This document shows positions 34,475-43,596 of a DNA stretch of 64,000 nucleotides, piece after piece. The notes under the pieces were generated by a model. That model was not told the DNA's origin, did not search any database, and saw nothing but the letters and a program-made list of their open reading frames with translations. Made by a program: the position numbers and the translations under genes. How positions within the stretch are numbered: position 1 is the first letter of the stretch; the number at the start of each line of letters is the position of its first letter. This DNA is from an archaeon (GTDB taxonomy: Archaea; Nanobdellota; Nanobdellia; Pacearchaeales; GW2011-AR1): contig JBDRCQ010000015.1 of NCBI GenBank assembly GCA_043821585.1, positions 135,341-199,340 on the forward strand, written 5' to 3'.

Positions 34475-35674
34475 TTATCCTTTCCTGTGTGCTTCCACGA
34501 CTTTTTTTGTTTTGAACGAGAGGAGGAATAGGAGGAACATCCAAATTGAGAATAGGATAAATAAGTAGTTGAACGGTAAGAATATCAGTAGGATGGAACC
34601 GGAGATTTTTCCAACGAGATTCCCGAAGTCGATTGCAGTTCCGTAAGGGCCGTAGAATCTGTATCTCTCCTTTCCTTTTAAGATATCAAAGAAGTAAGCT
34701 TCTGTTGTTGGTTCCAACATCGCAATGCCTATGCTCGCGAGAACCATTATCCCTGCTAGAACATACATGTTTGTGAAGAAGAAACAGACAAAAGAGAGTA
34801 CTGCTACTGAGAGATATCCTATTTGGAATATCTTTTTGAAGCCAATTTTCCCAGCGGCCTTTGAGAAGACATACTCAAATACTATCAATGGAACGGCTAT
34901 TGCGAATAGGAAATATCCGATTGCGAGTTCTGTGAAACCGTTACGTATCATGTAGAGCGGCATGAAAAGGTAAATTAAGATCCACCAGCTTGTGACTCCG
35001 CTACCGATTAGATAGGATATAGCGCGATCTTTGTCTTTGAAAAAATCGACAAAATTTTTGTAGAAACTTTTGTCCACCTTTTTTTTACCGCCCTCTCCTT
35101 TGATCTTTGAAAATTTGAAAAACAAAAATCCTATGAACAGTACGATGGCGGCGGCGATGAACACTTCTCTTAAGCTGTATTGGGCTGCAATGAATCCTGC
35201 TAGGAGCGGACCTATGACAAACGCGAGATTGGCGAATGTGTAGACAAGGCCCTCGTTTCTAGAGAGGTTTTGCTTTGATGAGACATCTTTTACCAATATT
35301 CCAAAACTCGAAACTCTTAGTGTTAGGAAAATTGTCATGAGGGTGGCCACAATAACTAGCACAATAATGCTGCTACTTATGGCAAAAATGAAATAGAACA
35401 GTACGAATAAGAGGAGGGAGGACGAATAAATTTTTGCCTTGTCTCCTTTTTCCAGGACTGGAACGAACGCGAAGCGAGCGACGATTGCGACGATTGTTAA
35501 AAAAGTGGAGAACAGGCCGACGTAAACCTCGTTGTGGAGGAAGGAGTCCATGTAAACTGCCCAGACAGTGTTCATAAGGGCTGCGGAGAGAGCAGTGATC
35601 ATTCCTACTATCGATAGTTGTGTAATCCCAGAAATATGTGGCACCCCTATCTGCTTCCTTGCTAATATACCCAT
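34475..35674 (-). CDS. MFS transporter
   Basis: About 12 TM segments in a 6+6 arrangement with a central basic loop (KIKGEGGKKKVDK). Confidence 0.75.
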   Translation of the reverse strand: MGILARKQIGVPHISGITQLSIVGMITALSAALMNTVWAVYMDSFLHNEVYVGLFSTFLTIVAIVARFAFVPVLEKGDKAKIYSSSLLLFVLFYFIFAISSSIIVLVIVATLMTIFLTLRVSSFGILVKDVSSKQNLSRNEGLVYTFANLAFVIGPLLAGFIAAQYSLREVFIAAAIVLFIGFLFFKFSKIKGEGGKKKVDKSFYKNFVDFFKDKDRAISYLIGSGVTSWWILIYLFMPLYMIRNGFTELAIGYFLFAIAVPLIVFEYVFSKAAGKIGFKKIFQIGYLSVAVLSFVCFFFTNMYVLAGIMVLASIGIAMLEPTTEAYFFDILKGKERYRFYGPYGTAIDFGNLVGKISGSILLIFLPFNYLFILFSIWMFLLFLLSFKTKKVVEAHRKG

Positions 35675-35747
35675 TTTATTTTTAGGAATCTTAAGGTTAA
35701 AAAGCTTCTTGCGTTATTCTTATAAACTGTTTTGAATTTGTTTTTGA

Positions 35748-36119
35748 ATGAAGAGAGATCTTTCTTTTGGTGAGAAGATAAAAAGCTTGGCTGTCGCTGC
35801 AATCGTGATGATCGTTGGGCTGGCGTTGTTTAAGTTTGTTCCGATGAGCTTATTTGGGAGAGATATTTTATTTGATGCTTCAATGCATTTGACTACGGCG
35901 ATTTTTGTTTTGTACTTTTTTTGGTATTTCATAGATCAGAACAAGAGTTGGAGGTTGCCTTATTTTATTTTTTCAATTGCCGTGATAATTGTTGTTTCTG
36001 TTCAGAGGATAATTGCGAATGCGCATAATGACACGGGGTTACTTGCAGGGTTAATTATTTCATTTATTGCCATAGTTGTTTCTAGGTGGGAATATTTTAA
36101 GAACAAGTTTGATTTTTGA
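35748..36119 (+). CDS. membrane protein
   Basis: 4 TM segments. Confidence 0.5.
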   Translation: MKRDLSFGEKIKSLAVAAIVMIVGLALFKFVPMSLFGRDILFDASMHLTTAIFVLYFFWYFIDQNKSWRLPYFIFSIAVIIVVSVQRIIANAHNDTGLLAGLIISFIAIVVSRWEYFKNKFDF

Positions 36120-36138
36120 TCAAAAAAAGATTTAAATA

Positions 36139-36687
36139 ATGGAGGTTTTTTGGTTTTTCATGAAAGGTGAGTTTGTTGCTGAAACTAAGACATTGGAGTA
36201 CAAGACTAAACGAAGACTTGAGTTTATCAACATAACAAAGGATGTTGAGGATTTCGTTAAAGAAAGTTGTGTGGAGACAGGGAATGTTGTGGTGCAGACG
36301 CACCATACAACTTGTGGCGTCTGGATGAATGAAGATGAGAAGAATTTGATTGGTCAGAGTGAGGGGGGAGATTTAAGGAAAGTTCTTGATGGGTTTGCTA
36401 ATCCAGATGGCGAATATGGGCACAACGATATCAAGGACTCTAGGAATCCTAATGGAAAGAGAGATACGCACCTTTGTGAACCTGATGAAAAAGGAGTTTG
36501 CCATGAATGCATTAACGGGCATGCGCATGCTCAGGGCCTGATCATTAAGAGTTCGATCAGTTTGATCGTAAAGAAGGGAAAATTATTGAGGGGGAAGTGG
36601 CAAGAGATTATGATTGTCGAGTTGGACCACGATAGAGAGAGGGAAGTTACTTTTCTTGTTCAGGGAGTTGGAAAAGTTTATAACTGA
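36139..36687 (+). CDS. YjbQ/UPF0047 family protein (secondary thiamine-phosphate synthase-like)
   Basis: VVVQTHHTTCGVWMNEDE, GHAHAQGLI and LLRGKWQEIMIVELD blocks, with an insertion between them. Confidence 0.7.
   Translation: MEVFWFFMKGEFVAETKTLEYKTKRRLEFINITKDVEDFVKESCVETGNVVVQTHHTTCGVWMNEDEKNLIGQSEGGDLRKVLDGFANPDGEYGHNDIKDSRNPNGKRDTHLCEPDEKGVCHECINGHAHAQGLIIKSSISLIVKKGKLLRGKWQEIMIVELDHDREREVTFLVQGVGKVYN
36677..36684 (+). promoter_or_regulatory. BRE/TATA (GAAAAG-TTTATAAC) for the cyclophilin gene, inside the 3' end of yjbQ
   Basis: Centre is 25-26 nt upstream of the ATG at 36706. Confidence 0.5.
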
Positions 36688-36705
36688 TTGGGTTTTAGGG
36701 AGTTG

Positions 36706-37284
36706 ATGGAGAGGAAGGGAGCGACTGCGCCTATCGTTACGATTTTGTTAGTTGCCCTTTTCTTGGTTGTGATATACGGAGTGTTTAAAGTGGTAACAAA
36801 TGATAATGTGGAAGTCGTTCTTGAGACGACACAAGGAAATATTGTAATTGAGTTGTATTCGGATATGCCCATAACTGCAGGTAATTTCCAGAAGCTTGTT
36901 GAAGAAGGTTTCTATGATGGGATTTTGTTCCATAGGGTGATTGAGGGTTTTATGATTCAAGGCGGCGACCCTTTGACGAAAGATCCTTCAAAGTCTAATT
37001 TGTGGGGGACTGGTGGATCGGAACCAATTAAAGATGAATTTTATGAGGAATACAGCCACTCTAACACGCGAGGCACAATTTCAATGGCCAATGCTGGGCC
37101 GGATACGGGAAGCAGCCAGTTTTTCATAAACCATCGAGATAATATTCTGTTGGATGACAAACATCCGGTTTTTGGAGAGGTGGTTGAGGGAATGGATGTT
37201 GTAGACGCTATTGCTGCTGTTGAGACAGGGCAATTTGATCGTCCGGTTGAAGAAGTTAGGATAGTTAGAGCATTTGTTCGTTAA
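36706..37284 (+). CDS. cyclophilin-type peptidyl-prolyl isomerase with a prepilin-like (class III) N-terminal signal/anchor
   Basis: FHRVIEGFMIQGGDP, GTISMANAGPDTGSSQFFI and HPVFGEVVEGMDVV. N-terminus MERKGATAPIVTILLVALFLVVIY. Confidence 0.85.
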   Translation: MERKGATAPIVTILLVALFLVVIYGVFKVVTNDNVEVVLETTQGNIVIELYSDMPITAGNFQKLVEEGFYDGILFHRVIEGFMIQGGDPLTKDPSKSNLWGTGGSEPIKDEFYEEYSHSNTRGTISMANAGPDTGSSQFFINHRDNILLDDKHPVFGEVVEGMDVVDAIAAVETGQFDRPVEEVRIVRAFVR

Positions 37285-37294
37285 ATTTAAATAG
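37285..37294 (+). promoter_or_regulatory. TATA box for the pilin-like gene
   Basis: ATTTAAATAG centred 25-26 nt upstream of the ATG at 37315. Confidence 0.5.
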
Positions 37295-37314
37295 TAAATT
37301 TGTTTCTGGGATCT

Positions 37315-37668
37315 ATGCAAAAGAGGGGTCTGAGTAATATCGTTTCTACGGTTTTGGTAGTTTTGGCTGCGATTATTGCGGTTAGTATTATTTGGGTTAT
37401 GATAAGCCCTGTTTTTCAGAGAGGTGGTGGAGAGTTTCAGGCACAATCGAAATGTTATGAAGTCGATGTTGAACCGCAGAAATGTTTGGTTTATTATGGC
37501 GGCGGAGCAGATGGGAGTGATGTAGTTACTGTTACCGTAGGCGTTACTGCCGGAGTTGCAGAGGGTTTAGTTGCGAGTGTTGAATATGGAGATGCGACTT
37601 TTGAGAGTGCGCAGGTTACTGACACGACTGTTGGCACTTATGAGACTAGACTTATTGATACAATTTAG
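37315..37668 (+). CDS. archaeal type IV pilin-like protein (class III signal, DUF361-like N-terminus)
   Basis: MQKRGLSNIVSTVLVVLAAIIAVSIIW matches the KG(L/I)S..(I/V)..VLL..I pattern of the archaeal pilin/flagellin N-terminal domain. Confidence 0.65.
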   Translation: MQKRGLSNIVSTVLVVLAAIIAVSIIWVMISPVFQRGGGEFQAQSKCYEVDVEPQKCLVYYGGGADGSDVVTVTVGVTAGVAEGLVASVEYGDATFESAQVTDTTVGTYETRLIDTI

Positions 37669-38731
37669 TGAGCTTCCGGCAGGGGTTCTTGCTGTTAGAG
37701 CTACGGCTGCGGCGATAGTTAAGACTGCGGCTGGCGAGGATCATATTTGTGAAGAATCTATTGTTAGTGTTTTATGTGGGAATGCTCAATTTGGCGATGA
37801 GGGTTCATGTCGAACTGACGCGGACTGCGGGGGCTTGTTGAAGTGCCGTGATGGTATATGTACTCAGTTTGAAGACAAATGTACTGTTGATTCTGATTGT
37901 CCTTCAGGATATTATTGTACAACCTTCGGGAATTGTGCTGTTGAGGGCAGTTCTGGTGGGGGCGGCGGGGGAGATGGTGGGGATGGTGGAGGAGATCCTT
38001 GTCCGGATGGTGACGGGGATGGTTATCAGGCTTCTAGCTGTAGCGGGAATGATTGCGATGATACTGATGATCAGGTTAATCCGGGAATGACTGAGATTTG
38101 TACTGGTGGGGTAGATGATGACTGTGATGGAGATGTAGATGGAGCTGATTCTGATTGCCAAAGCAGTTGTATGGATGGCGATGGCGATGGCTATGGTGAT
38201 CCAGGAGATTCTTCGTGTTCGGGCGGCCCTGAGATTGATTGCGATGATACTGATGATCAGGTTAATCCGGGAATGACTGAGACAGGAATTGTGGATTGCT
38301 CAGATTATAAGGACAATGATTGTGATGGGAGTTTGGATGGAGGAGATACTGCTTGTGATGGTTCGTGTGATTTCTTTGGACACTCGTGCACAACTAGCTG
38401 TGGGAGTGGTTGGACATATTATTATCCTGGTGATGGTTGGTGTTTGAGCCAAGAAGAGTCGCCTCAATGTTGTTTGCCTTTTTCTTGTGAGGCTTGGGGA
38501 GGGGGATGTGTTTCAGGGGATCCAAGTTGTTATGGTTCTGGCAGAATATCTGACGGAGACATGTATTGTGATGGTGGCAGTGAGTTTTGTTGTGAGATGA
38601 ACAACTGTGAAACCTTGGGCGGAGAGTGCACTTTAGGGGCCGGCTGTGGAATGGGCGTTACATTGCCTCAAGGAAACGCTTACTGTGTTTACACATCCGG
38701 CGAAGAATCCTATTGTTGCGATTATAGTTGA
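37571..38731 (+). CDS. Cys-rich MopE-motif domain ORF without its own ATG or signal peptide; probably the +1-frame continuation of 37315-37668
   Basis: DCDDTDDQVNPGMTE(I)C twice, DDDCDGDVDG, DNDCDGSLDG, and more than 40 Cys. There is no in-frame ATG after the 37666-37668 stop of the pilin-like ORF until well inside the Cys-rich domain (GMTEIC). Confidence 0.6.
   Translation: MRVLNMEMRLLRVRRLLTRLLALMRLDLLIQFSELPAGVLAVRATAAAIVKTAAGEDHICEESIVSVLCGNAQFGDEGSCRTDADCGGLLKCRDGICTQFEDKCTVDSDCPSGYYCTTFGNCAVEGSSGGGGGGDGGDGGGDPCPDGDGDGYQASSCSGNDCDDTDDQVNPGMTEICTGGVDDDCDGDVDGADSDCQSSCMDGDGDGYGDPGDSSCSGGPEIDCDDTDDQVNPGMTETGIVDCSDYKDNDCDGSLDGGDTACDGSCDFFGHSCTTSCGSGWTYYYPGDGWCLSQEESPQCCLPFSCEAWGGGCVSGDPSCYGSGRISDGDMYCDGGSEFCCEMNNCETLGGECTLGAGCGMGVTLPQGNAYCVYTSGEESYCCDYS
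38051..38096 (+). repeat. 46-bp perfect direct repeat, copy 1
   Basis: GATTGCGATGATACTGATGATCAGGTTAATCCGGGAATGACTGAGA, identical to 38237-38282. Confidence 0.9.
38237..38282 (+). repeat. 46-bp perfect direct repeat, copy 2
   Basis: Identical to 38051-38096. Encodes DCDDTDDQVNPGMTE. Confidence 0.9.
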
Positions 38732-38784
38732 GAAGGTTCGGACATAATACAAATTCTTTTAAACGGTTTTGAATAATTGGGTTG

Positions 38785-40821
38785 ATGAAGAGGTTAAAAT
38801 TCGATACTGATGGTAAATTGCTTGGGGTAGATAATAGCCCTGTGGATTACTCTAAGGAAGGTCGTTCTGGAAGGCAAGTGGAATTTGGGAGAAAGGACCT
38901 GAAGACTTCTGAGTCATTGGAATTTTTGCAGGAAGAAAAGAAGATCGATAACGTTTTTGATAGAGAGTTTTGGAGTTTGTATCGTGGGGGGGAGGTTCTT
39001 GAGCCTTTGAAGTTTTCAAATGGGAAGACGCAGGAAGATGTTGTTAAAGAAGTTGTGGAAATGGTTGAAGCTGGAAAAAAGGTCATTTTTCTTCATGGTG
39101 TGTGTGGAACTGGGAAAAGCGCGATTGCGTTGAATATTGCCAGGGCGTTGGGTAAAACATCAATTGTGGTGCCGGTGAAGGGCTTACAGAAGCAGTATGA
39201 GCAGGATTATATGGGGAATATGTATCTGACGAAAAGGAATGGTGTTAAGATGAAAATTGCGATGATTACAGGTAGGGACAACCATGATTCGATTGTAGAG
39301 CCGGGGAAGTCATGTGCTTATCCTTTTTTGCCTGATACTATAAAGATTGTTGATAGGAACAAGGAGAAACTGAAGGAATTTTATGCCGATAATCCATTTG
39401 TTAGTTCGAAAGTTCCGCCTTCTTTAAAGAGCATGAAGAGAATTTCGATAGCGCCGGCTAATCCTTATTGGAGTCCAATTTTGCCAATCGAGATTGAGTT
39501 GAATCAATTAACCGATGCTAAGAAAAAGAAGTATATGGGGATGAGGGACAGGGAATATGTTTTCTACCATCGGAAAGAGGGTTGTTCCTACTACGATCAA
39601 TACCTGTCTTATATGAGCGCGGACGTGATAATTTTTAATTCTGCGAAATACCTTGCGGAGGTCTCGCTTGGAAGGAAGCCAGCGACGGAAGTGGATATTA
39701 TTGACGAGGCCGATGAATTCCTTGATAAGTTTTCCAATAGCGTTGAGCTGAATTTGACTAGGCTTGATGCTGCGATGAGGATGCTAGTGGTTGATAGTGA
39801 AAAAGCGAGGGATTCAATTAAGAGGATTGTTAACCTTATTGACTTAGAGGAGACTAACAAAAGGGCGCTGGGAGTTAATGAAGAGAAGGTTTACGAATTG
39901 AAGGAAACTAAAATTGGGGATCTCTTGAAGGAATTTTTGCATAATCCTGATTTGGAAGTAGAGATTGAGGTTGATGATATGAACTACGGAAATGCGGCGC
40001 TTGAAGCTGCGAAAGATTTCAGTGATTCTTTGAAGGACACTTATCTGACCTATAGAAAAGAGGATGATAATTTATTGGTCAGATTGGTGACGACGAATTT
40101 GGCTAAGAAGTTTAAGGACATTGTTGAGGGCAATAGTGCAATGGTTTTGATGTCTGGAACGCTGCACAGTAGTGAGGTTTTGAAGAATATTTTTGGGATT
40201 GAGGACTATGGGATGGTCGAAGCTGAGACATTGAATCAGGGATCTATTGATATTATGATGACTGGGAAAGAGATTGATTGTAGGTACTCTAATTTTTATT
40301 CGGGGAGATATAGTCGGGAAGATTATTTGAGAGTTTTAGAGAACGTTATCGCTCGGGCCGAGAAGCCGGCTTTAGTTCATGTGAATGCTTACTCCGATTT
40401 GCCCAATATTGATGAGTCTGGAAAATTTCAGATTATCAATTTGACTTCAAGTGACGAGTTGAGGATTGCTCAAAGCAATGATCGGAATGGCGATTCGATT
40501 ATTGAGTTTAAGAAAGGGAAGTTTGATACATTGTTTACTACGAAATGCTCGAGGGGGATGGATTTTCCGGGAGATACTTGTAAGAGCGTTGTTTTTACTA
40601 AGTACCCTAATCCGAATGTTAAGGACACGTTCTGGCAGATATTGCAAAAGACGCATCCAAATTATTATTGGGAATTTTATAGAGACAAGGCGCGGAGAGA
40701 GTTTTTGCAGAGGATTTATAGGGCTGTTCGATCGAAGGATGATCACGTGCATGTCTTGTCTCCGGATTCAAGGGTTCTGGAGGCCGTGAGGGAAATGCAA
40801 GAGGCGGCGTTGGGGAAATAG
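38785..40821 (+). CDS. XPD/DinG (Rad3)-family SF2 helicase-like protein without an obvious 4Fe-4S cluster domain
   Basis: Walker A HGVCGTGKSAIA, DEAD-type box IIDEADEF, MSGTL, CSRGMDFPGDTCKSVVFTKYPNP (Helicase_C_2 pattern), QRIYRAVRSKDDHVHVLSPDSRV. Confidence 0.75.
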   Translation: MKRLKFDTDGKLLGVDNSPVDYSKEGRSGRQVEFGRKDLKTSESLEFLQEEKKIDNVFDREFWSLYRGGEVLEPLKFSNGKTQEDVVKEVVEMVEAGKKVIFLHGVCGTGKSAIALNIARALGKTSIVVPVKGLQKQYEQDYMGNMYLTKRNGVKMKIAMITGRDNHDSIVEPGKSCAYPFLPDTIKIVDRNKEKLKEFYADNPFVSSKVPPSLKSMKRISIAPANPYWSPILPIEIELNQLTDAKKKKYMGMRDREYVFYHRKEGCSYYDQYLSYMSADVIIFNSAKYLAEVSLGRKPATEVDIIDEADEFLDKFSNSVELNLTRLDAAMRMLVVDSEKARDSIKRIVNLIDLEETNKRALGVNEEKVYELKETKIGDLLKEFLHNPDLEVEIEVDDMNYGNAALEAAKDFSDSLKDTYLTYRKEDDNLLVRLVTTNLAKKFKDIVEGNSAMVLMSGTLHSSEVLKNIFGIEDYGMVEAETLNQGSIDIMMTGKEIDCRYSNFYSGRYSREDYLRVLENVIARAEKPALVHVNAYSDLPNIDESGKFQIINLTSSDELRIAQSNDRNGDSIIEFKKGKFDTLFTTKCSRGMDFPGDTCKSVVFTKYPNPNVKDTFWQILQKTHPNYYWEFYRDKARREFLQRIYRAVRSKDDHVHVLSPDSRVLEAVREMQEAALGK

Positions 40822-40882
40822 TAGTCACTTTCTAGTTGTTACAGATAGTAAACTTTAAATAGCATAAATTTGTTGGATTTTT

Positions 40883-41908
40883 ATGAGAGTTTTACATGCA
40901 GGAAATGTGGTTGGTGATGAGAGGAACTTAGCGATCGCCCTTAGAGAAAGCGGAGCAGACGTAGCTGTCTTTACAGGGAATATGATTGATTTGAATGAAT
41001 GTATAACTCCCGAGCAGGCCCAGATGGCTGATGCTGCTGTCCAATTTATGAAGAAGTGTCTTCGATCGTCAAGGCCTGCGCCGTTTAGAGATGGTTTAAA
41101 ATTTTTAATGGGGACTGAGGGCCCTAGGTTTGGTGAATTGAAAAAAGCTGCAGAGACTTATTCAACAGTTGAGGCATTATTTGACGAGAAGGCAGTTAGA
41201 CAGTATGGCGCGATGAGAAGGGTTGTTAATGAATTTCCTGGACAAGTAATAGTTGCTCGAGGAATGTGGGATTCTACATCTCTTACGGATGAATTCAGTC
41301 AACAAAGGCTACATGGAGAAGTTAAGACAATAGAGGACGTTGAGTTTTGTGGGATAAGTGGTGGAAAAAGCCATCCAGCTATTCCATTTGGGAGACGCTA
41401 TACTGGAACTACCCTTGATTCTGCTAAGTTCCTTATGGCAAAACAGCCAGATGTTGTTGTTGGCCATTTTGCCCCGTTGTTTCATTTAGATTTTGCTAAA
41501 ACTGGGGGAGAAGACAAGGGAAAAATGGTGAATGGCGGAGATCCCCATCTCTATGCTGCTATGGCTGCTTGTGGAGCAGATCTTTGGCTTTTTAGCCCTT
41601 CAGCTCACGGAGTTGGTGCTGGCAAGAGCGCTGTTTGGAATAATGGGAGGGGGTTGTTTTATTCGAATGCCGGTGTGTTAGCGGGGAACCATGTGAATGG
41701 TGTAGATGGGACATACAATGTTATTGAACTTGCGAATAAGGAGAGGGGCGCGGAAGAAAACCTTGTGCAAACGATTACACCCTATGTGATAAGACATGTT
41801 GAAGTTCCTGTTGAGGGCGGGAGGGAAGGAGAGGTTAAAATAGAAACAAAGGTAGAAATGAATGAAAGAGCCTTCATGGAAACTGTTAGAGGATATGTTG
41901 GGGAATAA
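40883..41908 (+). CDS. hypothetical protein, possibly a degenerate calcineurin-like metallophosphoesterase fold
   Basis: Block order VLHAGNVVGD / VFTGNMID / VARGMWDS / VVGHFAP / SPSAHG parallels MPE motifs I-V, but most metal ligands are substituted. Confidence 0.4.
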   Translation: MRVLHAGNVVGDERNLAIALRESGADVAVFTGNMIDLNECITPEQAQMADAAVQFMKKCLRSSRPAPFRDGLKFLMGTEGPRFGELKKAAETYSTVEALFDEKAVRQYGAMRRVVNEFPGQVIVARGMWDSTSLTDEFSQQRLHGEVKTIEDVEFCGISGGKSHPAIPFGRRYTGTTLDSAKFLMAKQPDVVVGHFAPLFHLDFAKTGGEDKGKMVNGGDPHLYAAMAACGADLWLFSPSAHGVGAGKSAVWNNGRGLFYSNAGVLAGNHVNGVDGTYNVIELANKERGAEENLVQTITPYVIRHVEVPVEGGREGEVKIETKVEMNERAFMETVRGYVGE

Positions 41909-41913
41909 TTTGT

Positions 41914-42423
41914 TTAACGCTTTTTACTACGTTTCTTCTTTTTTGCCTTTGGTTTTGATTTGACAGATTTCTTTTGCCAGGCTGCTAGGCCTATGAAAAT
42001 TGCATATAGGATGAAGCCAATTTCTGGGATTATCATGCTCAGGGAGAACCATCCGGGTTGTTGGACTTTTTCGAAAACTCTCCACATCGCTATTATGTAA
42101 ATGATAAAGAGTGCTATCCATCCGAAGACTGGAATTAGGAGTAGGAAAATCCAAGCCCAGTGGAATCCGCCTAGCTGCAAGAGCATTGCCCATTGTGCTA
42201 CTGGAATCCAGGCAAGCCAAGACTTCTGGTATTTGAGTTTTTCCGCTATTGCTTTGTAAGCAAGTGCGAAGTAGATGTAGACTGCTGCTACGATAAGAAG
42301 TGCTACAAATATCCCTATCGCAATAAGCCCTGCAAGTGCGCCACCTATGAAGAAGTCAGATAGCCTGCCGCTTTGTATGCCCAGTTCCTGAGAGATCTCT
42401 TGAGAGACTTGTTCGAATGTCAT
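41914..42423 (-). CDS. multi-pass membrane protein with a Lys-rich C-terminus
   Basis: 4-5 TM segments. Tail KSVKSKPKAKKKKRSKKR. Confidence 0.55.
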   Translation of the reverse strand: MTFEQVSQEISQELGIQSGRLSDFFIGGALAGLIAIGIFVALLIVAAVYIYFALAYKAIAEKLKYQKSWLAWIPVAQWAMLLQLGGFHWAWIFLLLIPVFGWIALFIIYIIAMWRVFEKVQQPGWFSLSMIIPEIGFILYAIFIGLAAWQKKSVKSKPKAKKKKRSKKR

Positions 42424-42461
42424 GTTATGTCGACGAAAAAGAGATATTTAAAGGTTGTGAA

Positions 42462-42725
42462 TTAGGAGGTTGAACTTCTTCTAGATCCTGCGGCTAAAAT
42501 TGCCCCGAGAGTAATTGCACCCACCTGGCCAAACATGTGGGCCGGCGTGTAAGAAGTGTTTCTTTCTGCATAGTCCCTTGCCTCCTGCCTGATTTCTGAA
42601 GTTATTTGGGTTTGACTAGAAAGGTATTCGGCTTGAAGTCTTTGATCTTCTAGTGAGTAACTGACGTAACTCAATGCGCCCACGGTCAGCGCAATGATTC
42701 CCAGGGCTCGAATAATTCGTGGCAT
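42462..42725 (-). CDS. small 2-TM membrane protein
   Basis: N- and C-terminal hydrophobic segments. Confidence 0.4.
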   Translation of the reverse strand: MPRIIRALGIIALTVGALSYVSYSLEDQRLQAEYLSSQTQITSEIRQEARDYAERNTSYTPAHMFGQVGAITLGAILAAGSRRSSTS

Positions 42726-42803
42726 CAGGGGATTTTATGAAGTAAGTATTTAAGTTTTTTTGAAAAGAAGAAAAGTTAAATAGTCTAAGAAGCTGGCTTT
42801 TTT

Positions 42804-43556
42804 ATGGTCTGGGGATATTACTTGGGAGGAGTTGTAGTTTTGTTATTTTTATTTGGGATACGTATTGTGAATCAGTATGAGCGCGCGATAAAATTTAGAC
42901 TTGGAAGGTATGTGCGAACATTGCAACCAGGATTTAGGTGGGTCATACCTTTGATAGAGAGAGTGGTGAAGGTGGACATTAGGGTAATTGCTACGGATAT
43001 TCCGGCGCAGGAGGTTATCACTAAAGATAATGTTCCTATGAAAGTTAATGGCGTTGTTTTCTTTAAGGTTGTGAATTCTGAAAAGGCAGTGCTTGAAGTT
43101 GAGGATTATAAATTTGCGATATCTCAGTTAGCGCAGTCGGCTTTGAGAGATATGACTGGTAAGTCTGAGTTGGATAATGTTTTGGCGAAGAGGGAAGAAA
43201 TTGGGAATCAGATTCAGGAAGTTGTTGACAAAGAAACTGATCCGTGGGGGATTAAGGTTACTGATGTTAAGATTAAGGATGTTGAGTTGCCGGAGAACAT
43301 GAAGAGGGCGATGGCGCATCAGGCGGAGGCGGAAAGGGATAGAAGGGCGAGGATTATTAATGCTGAGGCCGAGAAGCAGGCGGCGCAGAAATTGCTTGAG
43401 GCTGGTAAGATTATTGAGAAGTCGGAGTCTGCCTTGAAGCTTAGGTTTTATCAGACGTTGAATGATATTGCTGAGGAAAAGAATTCTACGATTATTATGC
43501 CATTTCCTGAGGAAATGTTGAGTTTTTTTAAGAAAGTGAAGAATGGGAAGAAGTGA
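42804..43556 (+). CDS. SPFH/band-7 (stomatin/slipin-like) protein
   Basis: IRIVNQYERAIKFRLGRY, TKDNVPMKVNGVVFFKV, ALRDMTGKSELDNVLAKREEI, WGIKVTDVKIKDVELP. Confidence 0.9.
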   Translation: MVWGYYLGGVVVLLFLFGIRIVNQYERAIKFRLGRYVRTLQPGFRWVIPLIERVVKVDIRVIATDIPAQEVITKDNVPMKVNGVVFFKVVNSEKAVLEVEDYKFAISQLAQSALRDMTGKSELDNVLAKREEIGNQIQEVVDKETDPWGIKVTDVKIKDVELPENMKRAMAHQAEAERDRRARIINAEAEKQAAQKLLEAGKIIEKSESALKLRFYQTLNDIAEEKNSTIIMPFPEEMLSFFKKVKNGKK

Positions 43557-43596
43557 TTAGGATTTTTTTAGGAGACTGGGGGGATTGTTTTGGGGA

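Noticed and set aside
40883-41908. Calling this ORF Mre11 or an active phosphoesterase.
   Set aside because: The metal-ligand residues of motifs I-III and V appear substituted. Only the block order resembles the family, so it is left as hypothetical.
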